A stretch of 64,000 bases of DNA. Origin: an uncultured Eggerthella sp. GTDB taxonomy: Bacteria > Actinomycetota > Coriobacteriia > Coriobacteriales > Eggerthellaceae. Below are positions 37,696 through 46,586 of this stretch, in pieces. Within the stretch, counting starts at the first letter, position 1, and each line of letters starts with the position of its first letter. The DNA is taken from contig CALLDI010000011.1 in NCBI GenBank assembly GCA_937998355.1, positions 139,100-203,099 of the forward strand, given 5' to 3'. Position numbers and translations under genes: made by a program. The notes below the pieces were generated by a model. It was not told where the DNA came from. It did not search any database and saw only the letters and a list, made by a program, of their open reading frames with translations.

Positions 37696-37721
37696 GGATC
37701 GAGCTGCTCTGGAGGGGAAGC

Positions 37722-38798
37722 ATGATAGATCTTAAATCCATCGACATCAAATCCTTGATCACCGAAGCGCTCGATATCGAGAAAGCGCGCAAGACCGTCG
37801 TGTCAGTGCAGGTGCTGCTGGACGAGACAGCTTCGCCGGAATTTCAGGTGTTCGTTCGCTCGGGTTTCAGCTCATCTTCCGTCAATTCGCGTTTGACCGT
37901 GGGCTACTATCCTTCGCAGGATATCGCGGTCATGCAGGATACCGATCTGGTGGTCATGGCCGCGGGTCAGACGGCTGATACGGGTCGCATCGCAGCGACC
38001 ATTCGTGATGCGGGCGTTCCGGTGCTCGTCATCGCGGAGCATGGTAACAAGGTCATGCAGAGCGCGGAAGCTGCTGGTTTTCCGCTGCCTTCCGATGCGT
38101 TCATCTCGCTGCCAGCAGGCCAGCCGCTCGACGAGGATATCAAGGGGTCGCTTGCTGATACCATCGGCTCTTGGATCATCGCGCACGATCGCGGCAAGCG
38201 CTTGGCGTTCTCGCTCGCGTATCCCTTCGTGCGTCGTCCGCTCGCGAAGGATGCTATCCAGATGACCGCGGCGCAGAATGCGGGCATCGGCGTGCTGGTG
38301 TTCGTTCCGGGCGCTGATATGCCGGTCATGACGCTCAATCAGATCAAGATGGTGCTGCAGATCGCCGCTGCGTATGGAGAACCGCTCGACAAGGATCGTT
38401 TGAAGGAGATCATCCCGACGCTGGCTGCAGCGTTCTTGTGTCGTGACATCACGCGTAAGCTGGTCGGTCTCGTGCCGGCTGTCGGGTTCATCATCAAGGG
38501 CGGCATGGGTTACGTGGGGACCGTCGCGATCGGCGAGGCCACGCTCACGTATTTCGAGCAGGGTGGCAATATCTCGGGCCTTGCGGGGGTCGTCTCCCAG
38601 GCGAGCGGTGCTGCAGCGGATACCGCGATGAAGATCCGCAATCAGCGCGCCTATCAGGTGGCAAGCGACGCCGCGTCACCCATCGTTCGCAAAGCCGCCA
38701 GCAAGGCGGTCGGTATCGCGGGATCAGTCGCAGAAAATGCTGCTCGCGGCACGATGAACTACTACAAGAACAAGCGCGGAAAGAAGCGCACGAAATAA
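37722..38798 (+). CDS. Conserved hypothetical protein with DUF697/YcjF-like C-terminal domain
   Basis: TAAQNA.IG....PGADMPVMTLNQ.KMVL.IA.AYG motif; GGAGG RBS. Confidence 0.75.
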   Translation: MIDLKSIDIKSLITEALDIEKARKTVVSVQVLLDETASPEFQVFVRSGFSSSSVNSRLTVGYYPSQDIAVMQDTDLVVMAAGQTADTGRIAATIRDAGVPVLVIAEHGNKVMQSAEAAGFPLPSDAFISLPAGQPLDEDIKGSLADTIGSWIIAHDRGKRLAFSLAYPFVRRPLAKDAIQMTAAQNAGIGVLVFVPGADMPVMTLNQIKMVLQIAAAYGEPLDKDRLKEIIPTLAAAFLCRDITRKLVGLVPAVGFIIKGGMGYVGTVAIGEATLTYFEQGGNISGLAGVVSQASGAAADTAMKIRNQRAYQVASDAASPIVRKAASKAVGIAGSVAENAARGTMNYYKNKRGKKRTK

Positions 38799-38970
38799 GT
38801 TCGATCAGCAATTGAATTCGGATACCTATTGGACTGAATGCATCTTTTAGGGAACTTCTGTGTCCGTGGCGTAGTGTCGGCGGAAGGGGTTCTGCGGCTT
38901 GTCCCATGCGGCTCTCATGAAGAGCTCCAACTTGCACTTCGACGCTGCTCGGAATTTTTAGGATTGTGAC

Positions 38971-38998
38971 TTGTTTTGGAGTCTTTTATGTTTATAAT
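38971..38998 (+). promoter_or_regulatory. Putative sigma-70 promoter of tRNA-Asp
   Basis: TTGTTT-N16-TATAAT, 20 bp upstream of the tRNA. Confidence 0.55.
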
Positions 38999-39018
38999 AG
39001 TCAACGCTGATAAAGCAC

Positions 39019-39095
39019 GGGGTGTTAGCTCAGTTGGTTAGAGCGCTGGCCTGTCACGCCAGAGGTCGCGGGTTCGAGTCCCGTACATCCCGCCA
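39019..39095 (+). tRNA. tRNA-Asp (GTC)
   Basis: Cloverleaf with CTGGC-CT-GTC-AC-GCCAG anticodon arm, GGTTCGAGTCC T-arm, G discriminator and encoded CCA. Confidence 0.96.
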
Positions 39096-39108
39096 GTTTT
39101 TGAATTTG

Positions 39109-39134
39109 AAGACCGATTTCGATCGGTCTTTTTT
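39109..39134 (+). terminator. Intrinsic terminator after tRNA-Asp
   Basis: AAGACCGAT-TTCG-ATCGGTCTT followed by a T-tract. Confidence 0.85.
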
Positions 39135-39174
39135 CTTGTCAGAATCGATCTTCAACGAGCGCTCGTCAATACGA

Positions 39175-39270
39175 GTGCAGGAAGTAGGTCGACCGCTCCG
39201 CTAGGAGCAGGATCGACCATTGCGCTAGAAGTAGAGCCGACCGCTTCGCCAGGAGCAGGGTCGATATCAT
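39175..39270. repeat. Four degenerate 24-bp tandem repeats
   Basis: GTGCAGGAAGTAGGTCGACCGCTC / CGCTAGGAGCAGGATCGACCATTG / CGCTAGAAGTAGAGCCGACCGCTT / CGCCAGGAGCAGGGTCGATATCAT. Confidence 0.8.
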
Positions 39271-39282
39271 CTGTAAACACTG

Positions 39283-39480
39283 TTTTGCAGCGAAAACGTT
39301 CATATTTGCAAGAGATTTGCGTTTATATGCACAAAATCGTGCGATTCGGGAACATTTTAAGGCTAAATGAGTCGCTTTCTTGTTCTTGATGCGATAAACC
39401 CCAGTTCAGATTTTTTAGGAAAGCCAAGACGTGTATACAACCGAAAACTTCTTGCAAAAAATCGGTGTTTGACTGCAAAA
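39283..39480. repeat. AT-rich 198-bp element with imperfect 50-bp inverted arms (MITE-like)
   Basis: 39283-39332 aligns without gaps to the reverse complement of 39431-39480 (TTTTGCAG...TTTGCAAGA...TAT.CAC), roughly two-thirds identical. Confidence 0.7.
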
Positions 39481-39495
39481 GTTGTTGTATCGCCA

Positions 39496-39570
39496 ACGTA
39501 GTACAGTGCAGCGCGGTGCGGTTCTGTGCGGTGCAACGCAGTGCAGTGTAATGCGCTGCGGTTTCGTGCC
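39496..39570. repeat. Degenerate pentanucleotide microsatellite (GTGCR)
   Basis: About 15 consecutive 5-mers such as GTACA GTGCA GCGCG GTGCG ... GTGCA ACGCA GTGCA GTGTA. Confidence 0.75.
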
Positions 39571-39861
39571 AAATGACTCTATAATGCTAAGACTTTTGAA
39601 GCGGGGGTTGGCCGATCATGCAGGGCACTGATTCGCGAAGCTGAACTATCGCATGTTTTGCGATAGTTCAAAAGGAGGGGAGAGCGACGACGATCATGAT
39701 CGCGGAATCGAAGTCGAAAGAAAAAGAGTCGATGGTGTCGGTCGCCATGAATTTCCGCGATTAAACATGTACCTGTGTAAATTTTCTGTCGCAGTTCGTC
39801 GAGCTTTGTTTTTGGAGTACCCTAGAGAGCGTCTGTTTTTCATCTTCGAGAAGAGTCGCGT

Positions 39862-41679
39862 TTGTTCAAGCTCTTTCGCACATATTTGAAGCCATTCGTC
39901 TGGCTGGTCATCGGGGCTTGCGTGTTCACACTCTTGCAGGTGGTCGCGGAACTGCAGCTTCCCGATATCATGGCGCGCATCGTCGATACGGGCATCTACA
40001 ACAAGGATCTTGGCTACGTGCTCATGCGTGGCTGCGAGATGCTGGCCTGGGCGGTTGGGTCGGTCGCTTGCGTGGTCGTGGCTGCGTTGTGCGCTTCGCG
40101 CGCCTCCATGGGTTTCGGACGCGATGTGCGCGCGGCGATCTTCTCCCAAGTGCAACGCTATTCGCTCGCTGAATTCGAGAAGTTCGGCGCTTCCACGCTC
40201 ATCACGCGCAACACCAACGATGTTCAGCAGGTTGAACGCTTCCTGCAAATGCTCATGACCATGGCGGTCATGACGCCGGTCATGTTCATCGGTGCGGTGG
40301 TGATGGCGTTTCTCACCAACGGGGAGATGGCGCTGATGATCTTCGTCGCGATCCCGGTCATCATCGTCATCGTGGCGGTCTTTCTGAAGATCGGCATGCC
40401 GCTTTTGCGTTCGTTGCAAAGTCGTATCGATGCGGTGAATCGCGTGACGCGCGAGGAACTGCAGGGCGTGCGTGCCATCCGCGCGTACAACAAGGAAGAA
40501 TTCGAACGCAAGCGCTTCGGCGGGGTCAACCGTGCGCTGGCGGACACCTATATCAAGGTCGGGCGTCTGATGGGCGCGGTCATGCCGCTGCTCATGCTGA
40601 TCGTGAACCTCACCATCGTGGCGCTCTATTTCTTCGGAGCAGGTCAGATCGATGCAGGAACGCTGTCCGCAGGCGAGATCATGGCGTTGGTGCAGTACGT
40701 CACGCTCATCCTCATGTCGCTCATGATGGTGTCGATGATCTTCGCGCTCTTGCCGCGTACGCTGGCAGCCTGCGAGCGCATCAACGCGGTGCTGGCCACA
40801 CATTCGACCATCATAGACAATGGCACGAAGCAGACCGCGAGCGATGCGGGTGTGCCTGATGAAAGCGAAGCATCGACGGCTGACGTCGCGACCAGCACGA
40901 CATCCACCATTCCTATCCTCGAGATGGACGACGTGGGTTTCCGCTATCCCGAATCCAAGAAAGATGCGCTCTCCGGGCTTTCTTTCAGGCTCGAACCGAA
41001 CACCACCACTGCGCTCATCGGGCCGACGGGTTCGGGCAAATCGAGCCTCATCAATCTCATCATGCGCATGTACGACGCGACCGAAGGGACCATCTATTTC
41101 GATGGCGCAGCGATAAAGGACATCCCGCTCAAAACGCTGCGTGCTCATATTTCCTACACGCCGCAGAAATCGTTCCTGTTCACGGGCACCGTGGCAGAGA
41201 ACCTGCGCTTCAGTGACCCTGATGCCACCGATGACGAATTGTGGCGCGTGCTCAAGATCGCTCAGGCGACCGAGTTCATCACGCCTGAAGCGGGCGGCCT
41301 CGACTTCGAGGTCTCGCAAGGTGGCGGCAATCTTTCGGGTGGTCAGCGTCAGCGGCTTGCTATCGCGCGCGGTCTTCTGCGTAAGGCTGATCTCTATCTG
41401 TTCGACGATTCGTTCTCAGCGCTCGACTTCAAGACCGATGCGCTCGTCCGTGCGGGCATCGAGGACCATCTGAATGGTCAGAGCGTTCTCATGGTCACGC
41501 AGCGCGTGAGCGTTGCGCTCGGTGTCGACCAGGTCATCTTGCTGGGCGAATCTGGCCAGATCGAGGCGTGCGGTACGCATGATGAACTGTTCATGTCGTG
41601 CCCGACCTATCGCGAACTCGCATTGTCTCAGCTTTCCGAAGCAGAACTCTCTACAGCTGCTGATTGGGGAGGTGAGTAG
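39862..41679 (+). CDS. Heterodimeric multidrug-type ABC exporter, subunit with degenerate NBD site
   Basis: TMD + NBD; GPTGSGKS, LSGGQ, Walker B FDDSFSALD (Asp in place of catalytic Glu), TQR switch; TTG start. Confidence 0.93.
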   Translation: MFKLFRTYLKPFVWLVIGACVFTLLQVVAELQLPDIMARIVDTGIYNKDLGYVLMRGCEMLAWAVGSVACVVVAALCASRASMGFGRDVRAAIFSQVQRYSLAEFEKFGASTLITRNTNDVQQVERFLQMLMTMAVMTPVMFIGAVVMAFLTNGEMALMIFVAIPVIIVIVAVFLKIGMPLLRSLQSRIDAVNRVTREELQGVRAIRAYNKEEFERKRFGGVNRALADTYIKVGRLMGAVMPLLMLIVNLTIVALYFFGAGQIDAGTLSAGEIMALVQYVTLILMSLMMVSMIFALLPRTLAACERINAVLATHSTIIDNGTKQTASDAGVPDESEASTADVATSTTSTIPILEMDDVGFRYPESKKDALSGLSFRLEPNTTTALIGPTGSGKSSLINLIMRMYDATEGTIYFDGAAIKDIPLKTLRAHISYTPQKSFLFTGTVAENLRFSDPDATDDELWRVLKIAQATEFITPEAGGLDFEVSQGGGNLSGGQRQRLAIARGLLRKADLYLFDDSFSALDFKTDALVRAGIEDHLNGQSVLMVTQRVSVALGVDQVILLGESGQIEACGTHDELFMSCPTYRELALSQLSEAELSTAADWGGE

Positions 41680-41680
41680 C

Positions 41681-43528
41681 ATGGCGCCCGGACCAGGAGG
41701 ACCGCATGGACCGCACGGACGCGGGCCGAAGGAGAAGCCCAAGAACGCCTCGAAGACGTTGCGTCGCCTGATCGCGCGCTTGAAGCCTTTCACCCCGCTG
41801 CTCGTTGTCGTAGTGGTGTTCACTATCGCAGGCACGCTGTGCAACACGGTCTCGCCGCTCATCCTGGGCGAAGCGACCACGGAGGTCTACAGCGCCTTCG
41901 AGCGTGTGATGGCAGGGTCGGGTGGTCTCGACTTCCTCGTGTTCAATCGCATTCTGCTCACGCTCGTGCTGCTCTACGTTGCGTATTCGTTCTGTCAGTT
42001 CGTCTGTCAGTTCATCATGGCGAAGGTCACGCAAGAATTCATCTACGGCCTGCGCCGCGACATGAAGGACAAGCTCGATCGCGTGCCGCTCTCTTTCTAC
42101 GACAAGCGCGCCAAGGGCGAGATCCTCTCACGCGTCACGAACGATGTCGATCTCATCTCGTCCACACTGCAAGAGACCCTCGTGCAGATCATCTCTGCGG
42201 TGGTCACGCTCGTCTCCGTGGTCATCTTCATGTTCTCGATCTCGTGGATATTGGCACTGGTGGCATTCGCTACGTTGCCATTGTCGCTGCTGTGCACGGT
42301 CGGTATCGCCAGTCGTTCGCAACGCTATTTCAAAAGCCAGCAAAAGGCGCTGGGCAAATTGAACGCGCACATCGAGGAGATGTATAGCGGCAATACGGAA
42401 GTGAAATCGTTCGCGCGCGAACAAGAGGCGATCGATGAATTCAACGCTCGCAATGCTGAATACTTCGGGCAAGCATGGAAGGCGCAGTTTCTTTCCGGCG
42501 TCATTCGTCCCGTCATGGCGTTCATCGGCAACCTTGGGTACGTGCTCGTGTGCATCGTGGGTGCGGTGCTCTACATAACCGGCGGCATCGCGACGGTCGG
42601 CCAGATCCAGGCGTTCGTCCAGTACATGCGCCAGTTCACTATGCCCATCACTCAGATCGCCTCGATCGCGAACACCATCCAGGCGACGCTCGCGGCAGGA
42701 GAGCGCGTCTTCGAAGTGCTCGATGCGCCCGAGATGACCGAGCTCGCGCCTGACCAGGTCGAGGCCATTCCCAAACCTTGCAAGGGCGCGGTCGAATTCG
42801 AGCATGTGAAGTTCGGCTACGATCCTGAAAAGCCCGTCATCAAGGATTTCTCGCTCTCGGTCGAACCCGGTCAGATGGTCGCGATCGTCGGACCGACCGG
42901 CGCAGGTAAGACGACGCTCGTGAATCTGCTCATGCGCTTCTACGACATCGATGCGGGCACCATCTCGATCGATGGGGTGAACACCGCGCTCGCGACGCGT
43001 AGCGATGTGCGCAGCAACTTCGGCATGGTATTGCAGGATGCATGGCTGTTCTCGGGCACGATCCGCGAGAACATCGCCTACGGTGCTCAGGACCCTTCGG
43101 AGAAATACATCCGCCTTGCGGCGAAGCTCGCGCAGGCCGATCACTTCATCGAACTTCTGCCCGATGGCTACGATACCGTCATCAAGGAAGATGGCACGAA
43201 CCTCTCGCAAGGCCAGCGTCAGCTGCTCACCATCGCGCGTGCGCTTCTCTCGAATCCTTCCATCATCGTTTTGGACGAGGCGACGTCTTCGATCGACACG
43301 CACACCGAATCGCTCGTACAGAAAGCTATGCGCGAATCACTGGAGGGCAGAACCAGTTTCGTCATCGCGCATCGATTGAGTACCATTCGACAAGCTGATA
43401 TGATTCTTGTTATTCGAGATGGGGACATTGTCGAGAAGGGGACCCATGAAGAGCTGCTCGCTCTGGATGGATTCTATGCCGAATTGCACAATTCCCAGTT
43501 TGTTGACTGTATCGACGAAAGCGATTAG
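41681..43528 (+). CDS. Heterodimeric multidrug-type ABC exporter, subunit with consensus Walker B/switch
   Basis: GPTGAGKT, LSQGQRQ, LDEATSSID, IAHRLSTI; GGAGG RBS before ATG 41681. Confidence 0.93.
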   Translation: MAPGPGGPHGPHGRGPKEKPKNASKTLRRLIARLKPFTPLLVVVVVFTIAGTLCNTVSPLILGEATTEVYSAFERVMAGSGGLDFLVFNRILLTLVLLYVAYSFCQFVCQFIMAKVTQEFIYGLRRDMKDKLDRVPLSFYDKRAKGEILSRVTNDVDLISSTLQETLVQIISAVVTLVSVVIFMFSISWILALVAFATLPLSLLCTVGIASRSQRYFKSQQKALGKLNAHIEEMYSGNTEVKSFAREQEAIDEFNARNAEYFGQAWKAQFLSGVIRPVMAFIGNLGYVLVCIVGAVLYITGGIATVGQIQAFVQYMRQFTMPITQIASIANTIQATLAAGERVFEVLDAPEMTELAPDQVEAIPKPCKGAVEFEHVKFGYDPEKPVIKDFSLSVEPGQMVAIVGPTGAGKTTLVNLLMRFYDIDAGTISIDGVNTALATRSDVRSNFGMVLQDAWLFSGTIRENIAYGAQDPSEKYIRLAAKLAQADHFIELLPDGYDTVIKEDGTNLSQGQRQLLTIARALLSNPSIIVLDEATSSIDTHTESLVQKAMRESLEGRTSFVIAHRLSTIRQADMILVIRDGDIVEKGTHEELLALDGFYAELHNSQFVDCIDESD

Positions 43529-43537
43529 ATCCGCGAC

Positions 43538-44251
43538 ATGGATTCGACCGAACTCAAGAGCGAAGACGATAAACCGGCGAAGGAGCCGGTCGAGATCGCT
43601 GTCTTCGATTTCGATGGCACGTGCATCAGCGGGAATTCTCCCGTTCTGTTGGTGAAGTATCTGCTGCGCCAAGGTAAGGTGCGGCCGACCGTGCTCGCTC
43701 GTATCTGCATGTGGGGCATCGCTTACAAGACGCATCTTCCGCAGAACGAAGCTTGGGTCCGCAGCCTCGTCTTCTCTTCGTTCGAAGGCATGAGCAAGGA
43801 AGAGGCGGACGAAGAGATGTATCGCTTCTACGACAGCTGGATCGTCCCGCGCATTCGCCCCAAAGCGCTCGAAGTGATGCGCGATCACATCGCTGCTGGG
43901 CGCGAGATCTGGATCGTGTCCGCCACCTTCGATCCCATCATCGTGCGCGCGCAGCGCGACCTGCCGTACGATCATCATGTTGCGACGGACATGAAGGTCG
44001 ATGCAGAGGGAAGGTACACGCGCGAGGTGAAGGGGCGTCCTGTGGAGGGCGCGGAGAAGCTTCGCCAGATCGAAGAGCATGCCGATGAAGTGCATGGGAC
44101 GGGCAATTGGAAGCTTGCGTACGCGTACGGCGACCACTATTCCGACTCACCGCTGCTCGCTGCTGCCGAGCATCCCTTCGCGGTCACGCCCGGCCCGACG
44201 TTGCAGCGTTTGGCAGAGAAAGAGGGCTGGGGGATCCTGGACTGGAAGTAG
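43538..44251 (+). CDS. HAD-IB (SerB-like) hydrolase
   Basis: FDFDGT motif I, IVSA, K, AYGD.YSD motifs. Confidence 0.9.
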   Translation: MDSTELKSEDDKPAKEPVEIAVFDFDGTCISGNSPVLLVKYLLRQGKVRPTVLARICMWGIAYKTHLPQNEAWVRSLVFSSFEGMSKEEADEEMYRFYDSWIVPRIRPKALEVMRDHIAAGREIWIVSATFDPIIVRAQRDLPYDHHVATDMKVDAEGRYTREVKGRPVEGAEKLRQIEEHADEVHGTGNWKLAYAYGDHYSDSPLLAAAEHPFAVTPGPTLQRLAEKEGWGILDWK

Positions 44252-44436
44252 CCCATCAGTTTCTTCACGGGTGTTCAACGTGGGCTCGATTTGCACGTTT
44301 CTTGTAATCACGCATGGGATAATTGAATAACTGTTACTCCTTTAGTAGCATTGGTTAACTAAACCATTCGTCGTCATGAAAGGGCGCTCGCACTGCTTGG
44401 ACGCGCCTTCTGTGTTTATAAGGGAAGTGAACGAGG

Positions 44437-46095
44437 ATGAACGAGGACACTAACTTCGGCAACGTTCCATCTCATGGTCATGATTTCAGCGATTCGCACG
44501 ATTACCTGAAGCGCGCTGCGTATGCGGTCGAATCGGGCGATCAATTGTTGGGCATCCATCTCTATCTTGCTGCATTCGAGCAGTCCATGCTCGAGAACAT
44601 CGTCCCGAGCGATGAGACGCTGGGCGGCATGCGCAAGGCGTGGGATCTTGCCGTGGCCGCTCGCCAGCATTCGCTGGCAGAGTACATCTTCGAGAAGCTC
44701 AAGCCCTATGTGAGCTCTGATGAGCTTGCGAGCAAGGCGGATGAGCTTCAGGACATTGCGCTCGATCGCTTGGAGGAGTTCGGCTTCTCGCGCGAAGCGA
44801 TCGAGGATATGGCCGAGCTCATCAATGAAGACCTGATGGGGCTTTCCCCGAATCTGTTCTGTCGTTATGAAGAGGACGCGCTCGCATCGCCCTTCTCGCT
44901 CATGAACTTCACGTCGGGCTCCGACGATGATGATCTTGAGGCGCCCGTGGCTGAACTCGAGGAAGAGGAGTTCGAGAGCCCGGAAGCCGAGGCCAAAGCG
45001 AAAGGTCTCGACGAGCCGGAAGGTCCGACCTCGCCCGACCAAGACATCGAGGCGATCAAAGAGGCGCTCGAACCGCTCGAACTTCCCGCATTCCCCCTTC
45101 CGAAGTTGAAGGGTGCGAAGATCGCGCACATCGATCTGACCGATCACAAGAAGAAGAAAAAGAAGAAGGCCGAGCCATCGTTCGACTATTCCACGATCCG
45201 TGGTTTTTCGGGTGCTATCGAGAAGATGGGACAGCTCGGTGTCGGCCGAATGCGCGATCCGCAGTTCAAGGAATTCGTGAAGATGCTCAATTCTCGTCAT
45301 GGCGTATCACGCATGCCGCAGCTCGGCACGCTCGTGTTCAGCAGCCCTGCGCGCGAGGATGCGAACTACTTCATGGTCGCGACCGTGGGCGAGATGGGTA
45401 TTCCTGCAGTGCGCATGCGCATGGATCACAACATGCAGGGTCAGGCGGTCCTGTGCGTCATGGCATCACCCGATGCGGTCATGAACCAAGGCGGCTTGAA
45501 TCGCTTCGGGTTCGACGGCCCGGCTGCGCTCATCTTGGAAGACCTCGACCTGTGGGATCTTCCTTGGTTCGATATGGGCGGCACGGATGTCCCCGATCTT
45601 CTGCAGATGCAGATCTCGCGCGGTGCGCGCGAGGCGATGGCCTTCATCCAGTCTGCGCTCGAGAATCCCGAGGTCACGGTTTTGGTCTCTGCGTCGAATC
45701 TGGATGCGCTCGATGCCTTGTTCGGTCCGATGCTCGGCTTGTATCGCGTCGTGGAGCTCGACTATCCTACCGATGCTGAGCGCAAGGAGATCTGGCGTCA
45801 CGCGCAGAGCGAGCACCCGTCCATGCGCGGTCTCGATGTGCTGCAGATGGTCCCGTTCTCGAAGGGCATGTCGCGCTTCGAGCTGTATGCGGTCATCACC
45901 GAATCGGTCGAAGAAGCATATCGTCGCAGCATCGCGAAGGATTGCTTCTGCGCAGTGCGCAGCGACGATGTACTGATGCGCCTGGCGAACTTCCACGATC
46001 TTGACTCGAAGGAATATGAAGCCATTGAGAAAGCGGTCATGGATCGCTTCCATCGCTCCATGGATCACATCGACGACTTGTTGAAAGAAGACTGA
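44437..46095 (+). CDS. Hypothetical protein with helical N-terminus, acidic linker and degenerate AAA+ domain
   Basis: AAA-like order of elements (LVFSSP..., ALILEDLD, VLVSASN, YPTDAER.EIW, GMS..EL) but no GKT Walker A. Confidence 0.75.
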   Translation: MNEDTNFGNVPSHGHDFSDSHDYLKRAAYAVESGDQLLGIHLYLAAFEQSMLENIVPSDETLGGMRKAWDLAVAARQHSLAEYIFEKLKPYVSSDELASKADELQDIALDRLEEFGFSREAIEDMAELINEDLMGLSPNLFCRYEEDALASPFSLMNFTSGSDDDDLEAPVAELEEEEFESPEAEAKAKGLDEPEGPTSPDQDIEAIKEALEPLELPAFPLPKLKGAKIAHIDLTDHKKKKKKKAEPSFDYSTIRGFSGAIEKMGQLGVGRMRDPQFKEFVKMLNSRHGVSRMPQLGTLVFSSPAREDANYFMVATVGEMGIPAVRMRMDHNMQGQAVLCVMASPDAVMNQGGLNRFGFDGPAALILEDLDLWDLPWFDMGGTDVPDLLQMQISRGAREAMAFIQSALENPEVTVLVSASNLDALDALFGPMLGLYRVVELDYPTDAERKEIWRHAQSEHPSMRGLDVLQMVPFSKGMSRFELYAVITESVEEAYRRSIAKDCFCAVRSDDVLMRLANFHDLDSKEYEAIEKAVMDRFHRSMDHIDDLLKED

Positions 46096-46538
46096 TGGAT
46101 ATCACGCGCCGTTGCGATTACGCCTGTAGGATCCTGCGCTCGGCTTATGAGTGCGGGCAGTCCTATATCTCCATCGCCGATGTGGCGGAGAAGGAGAGCG
46201 TGCCGTATTCGTTCGCGCGCAGCATCCAGCACGACCTGGTGAAAGCCGGTTATCTGAAGACGATCCGCGGCGTGCGTGGCGGTCTGACGCTCGATTGCGA
46301 TCCGCATGAGGTCACGCTGCAGGAGGTCATCGAGGCGCTGCAAGGCCCGATCGGCATGTCTCCCTGCTCGGTCGATTGTTCCTATTGCGATCGTTCGTCG
46401 GGTTGCGAGTTCAACTCGGTGTGGTGTGCTGCCGATGTGTTGGTGGCGCAGCTCTTCTCGTCCATCACGCTGGCCGATCTCTTCGAGAAGGGTGCGAGTC
46501 ACCCTGAGGTGAGCAGGATCCTCGATTCGAAGTACTAG
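46095..46538 (+). CDS. Rrf2-family transcriptional regulator with Cys cluster
   Basis: DYA.R.L, L..AG.L...RG..GG..L, ITLADL; C...C..C.....C; TGATG coupling to the upstream gene. Confidence 0.92.
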   Translation: MDITRRCDYACRILRSAYECGQSYISIADVAEKESVPYSFARSIQHDLVKAGYLKTIRGVRGGLTLDCDPHEVTLQEVIEALQGPIGMSPCSVDCSYCDRSSGCEFNSVWCAADVLVAQLFSSITLADLFEKGASHPEVSRILDSKY

Positions 46539-46586
46539 CGCGAGCGCCAGCGCTTTTGTTCGTCACCTCACTCGCGAGATACGCCC

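Noticed and set aside
39175..39270. Possible CRISPR array
   Set aside because: Units are head-to-tail and degenerate with no unique spacers, and there are no cas genes in the window.
39363..39572. 69-aa ORF with ALHCT/ALHRT repeats
   Set aside because: A by-product of the pentamer microsatellite and the AT-rich element; no RBS and atypical codon usage.
39019..39860. Genomic island integrated at tRNA-Asp (or tRNA-Arg)
   Set aside because: No integrase or other mobility genes, and I found no duplicated tRNA 3' end in the window.
45148..45168. Programmed -1 frameshift at the Lys7 run
   Set aside because: The sequence is G-AAA-AAG rather than A-AAA-AAG, and the zero frame continues into the conserved domain.
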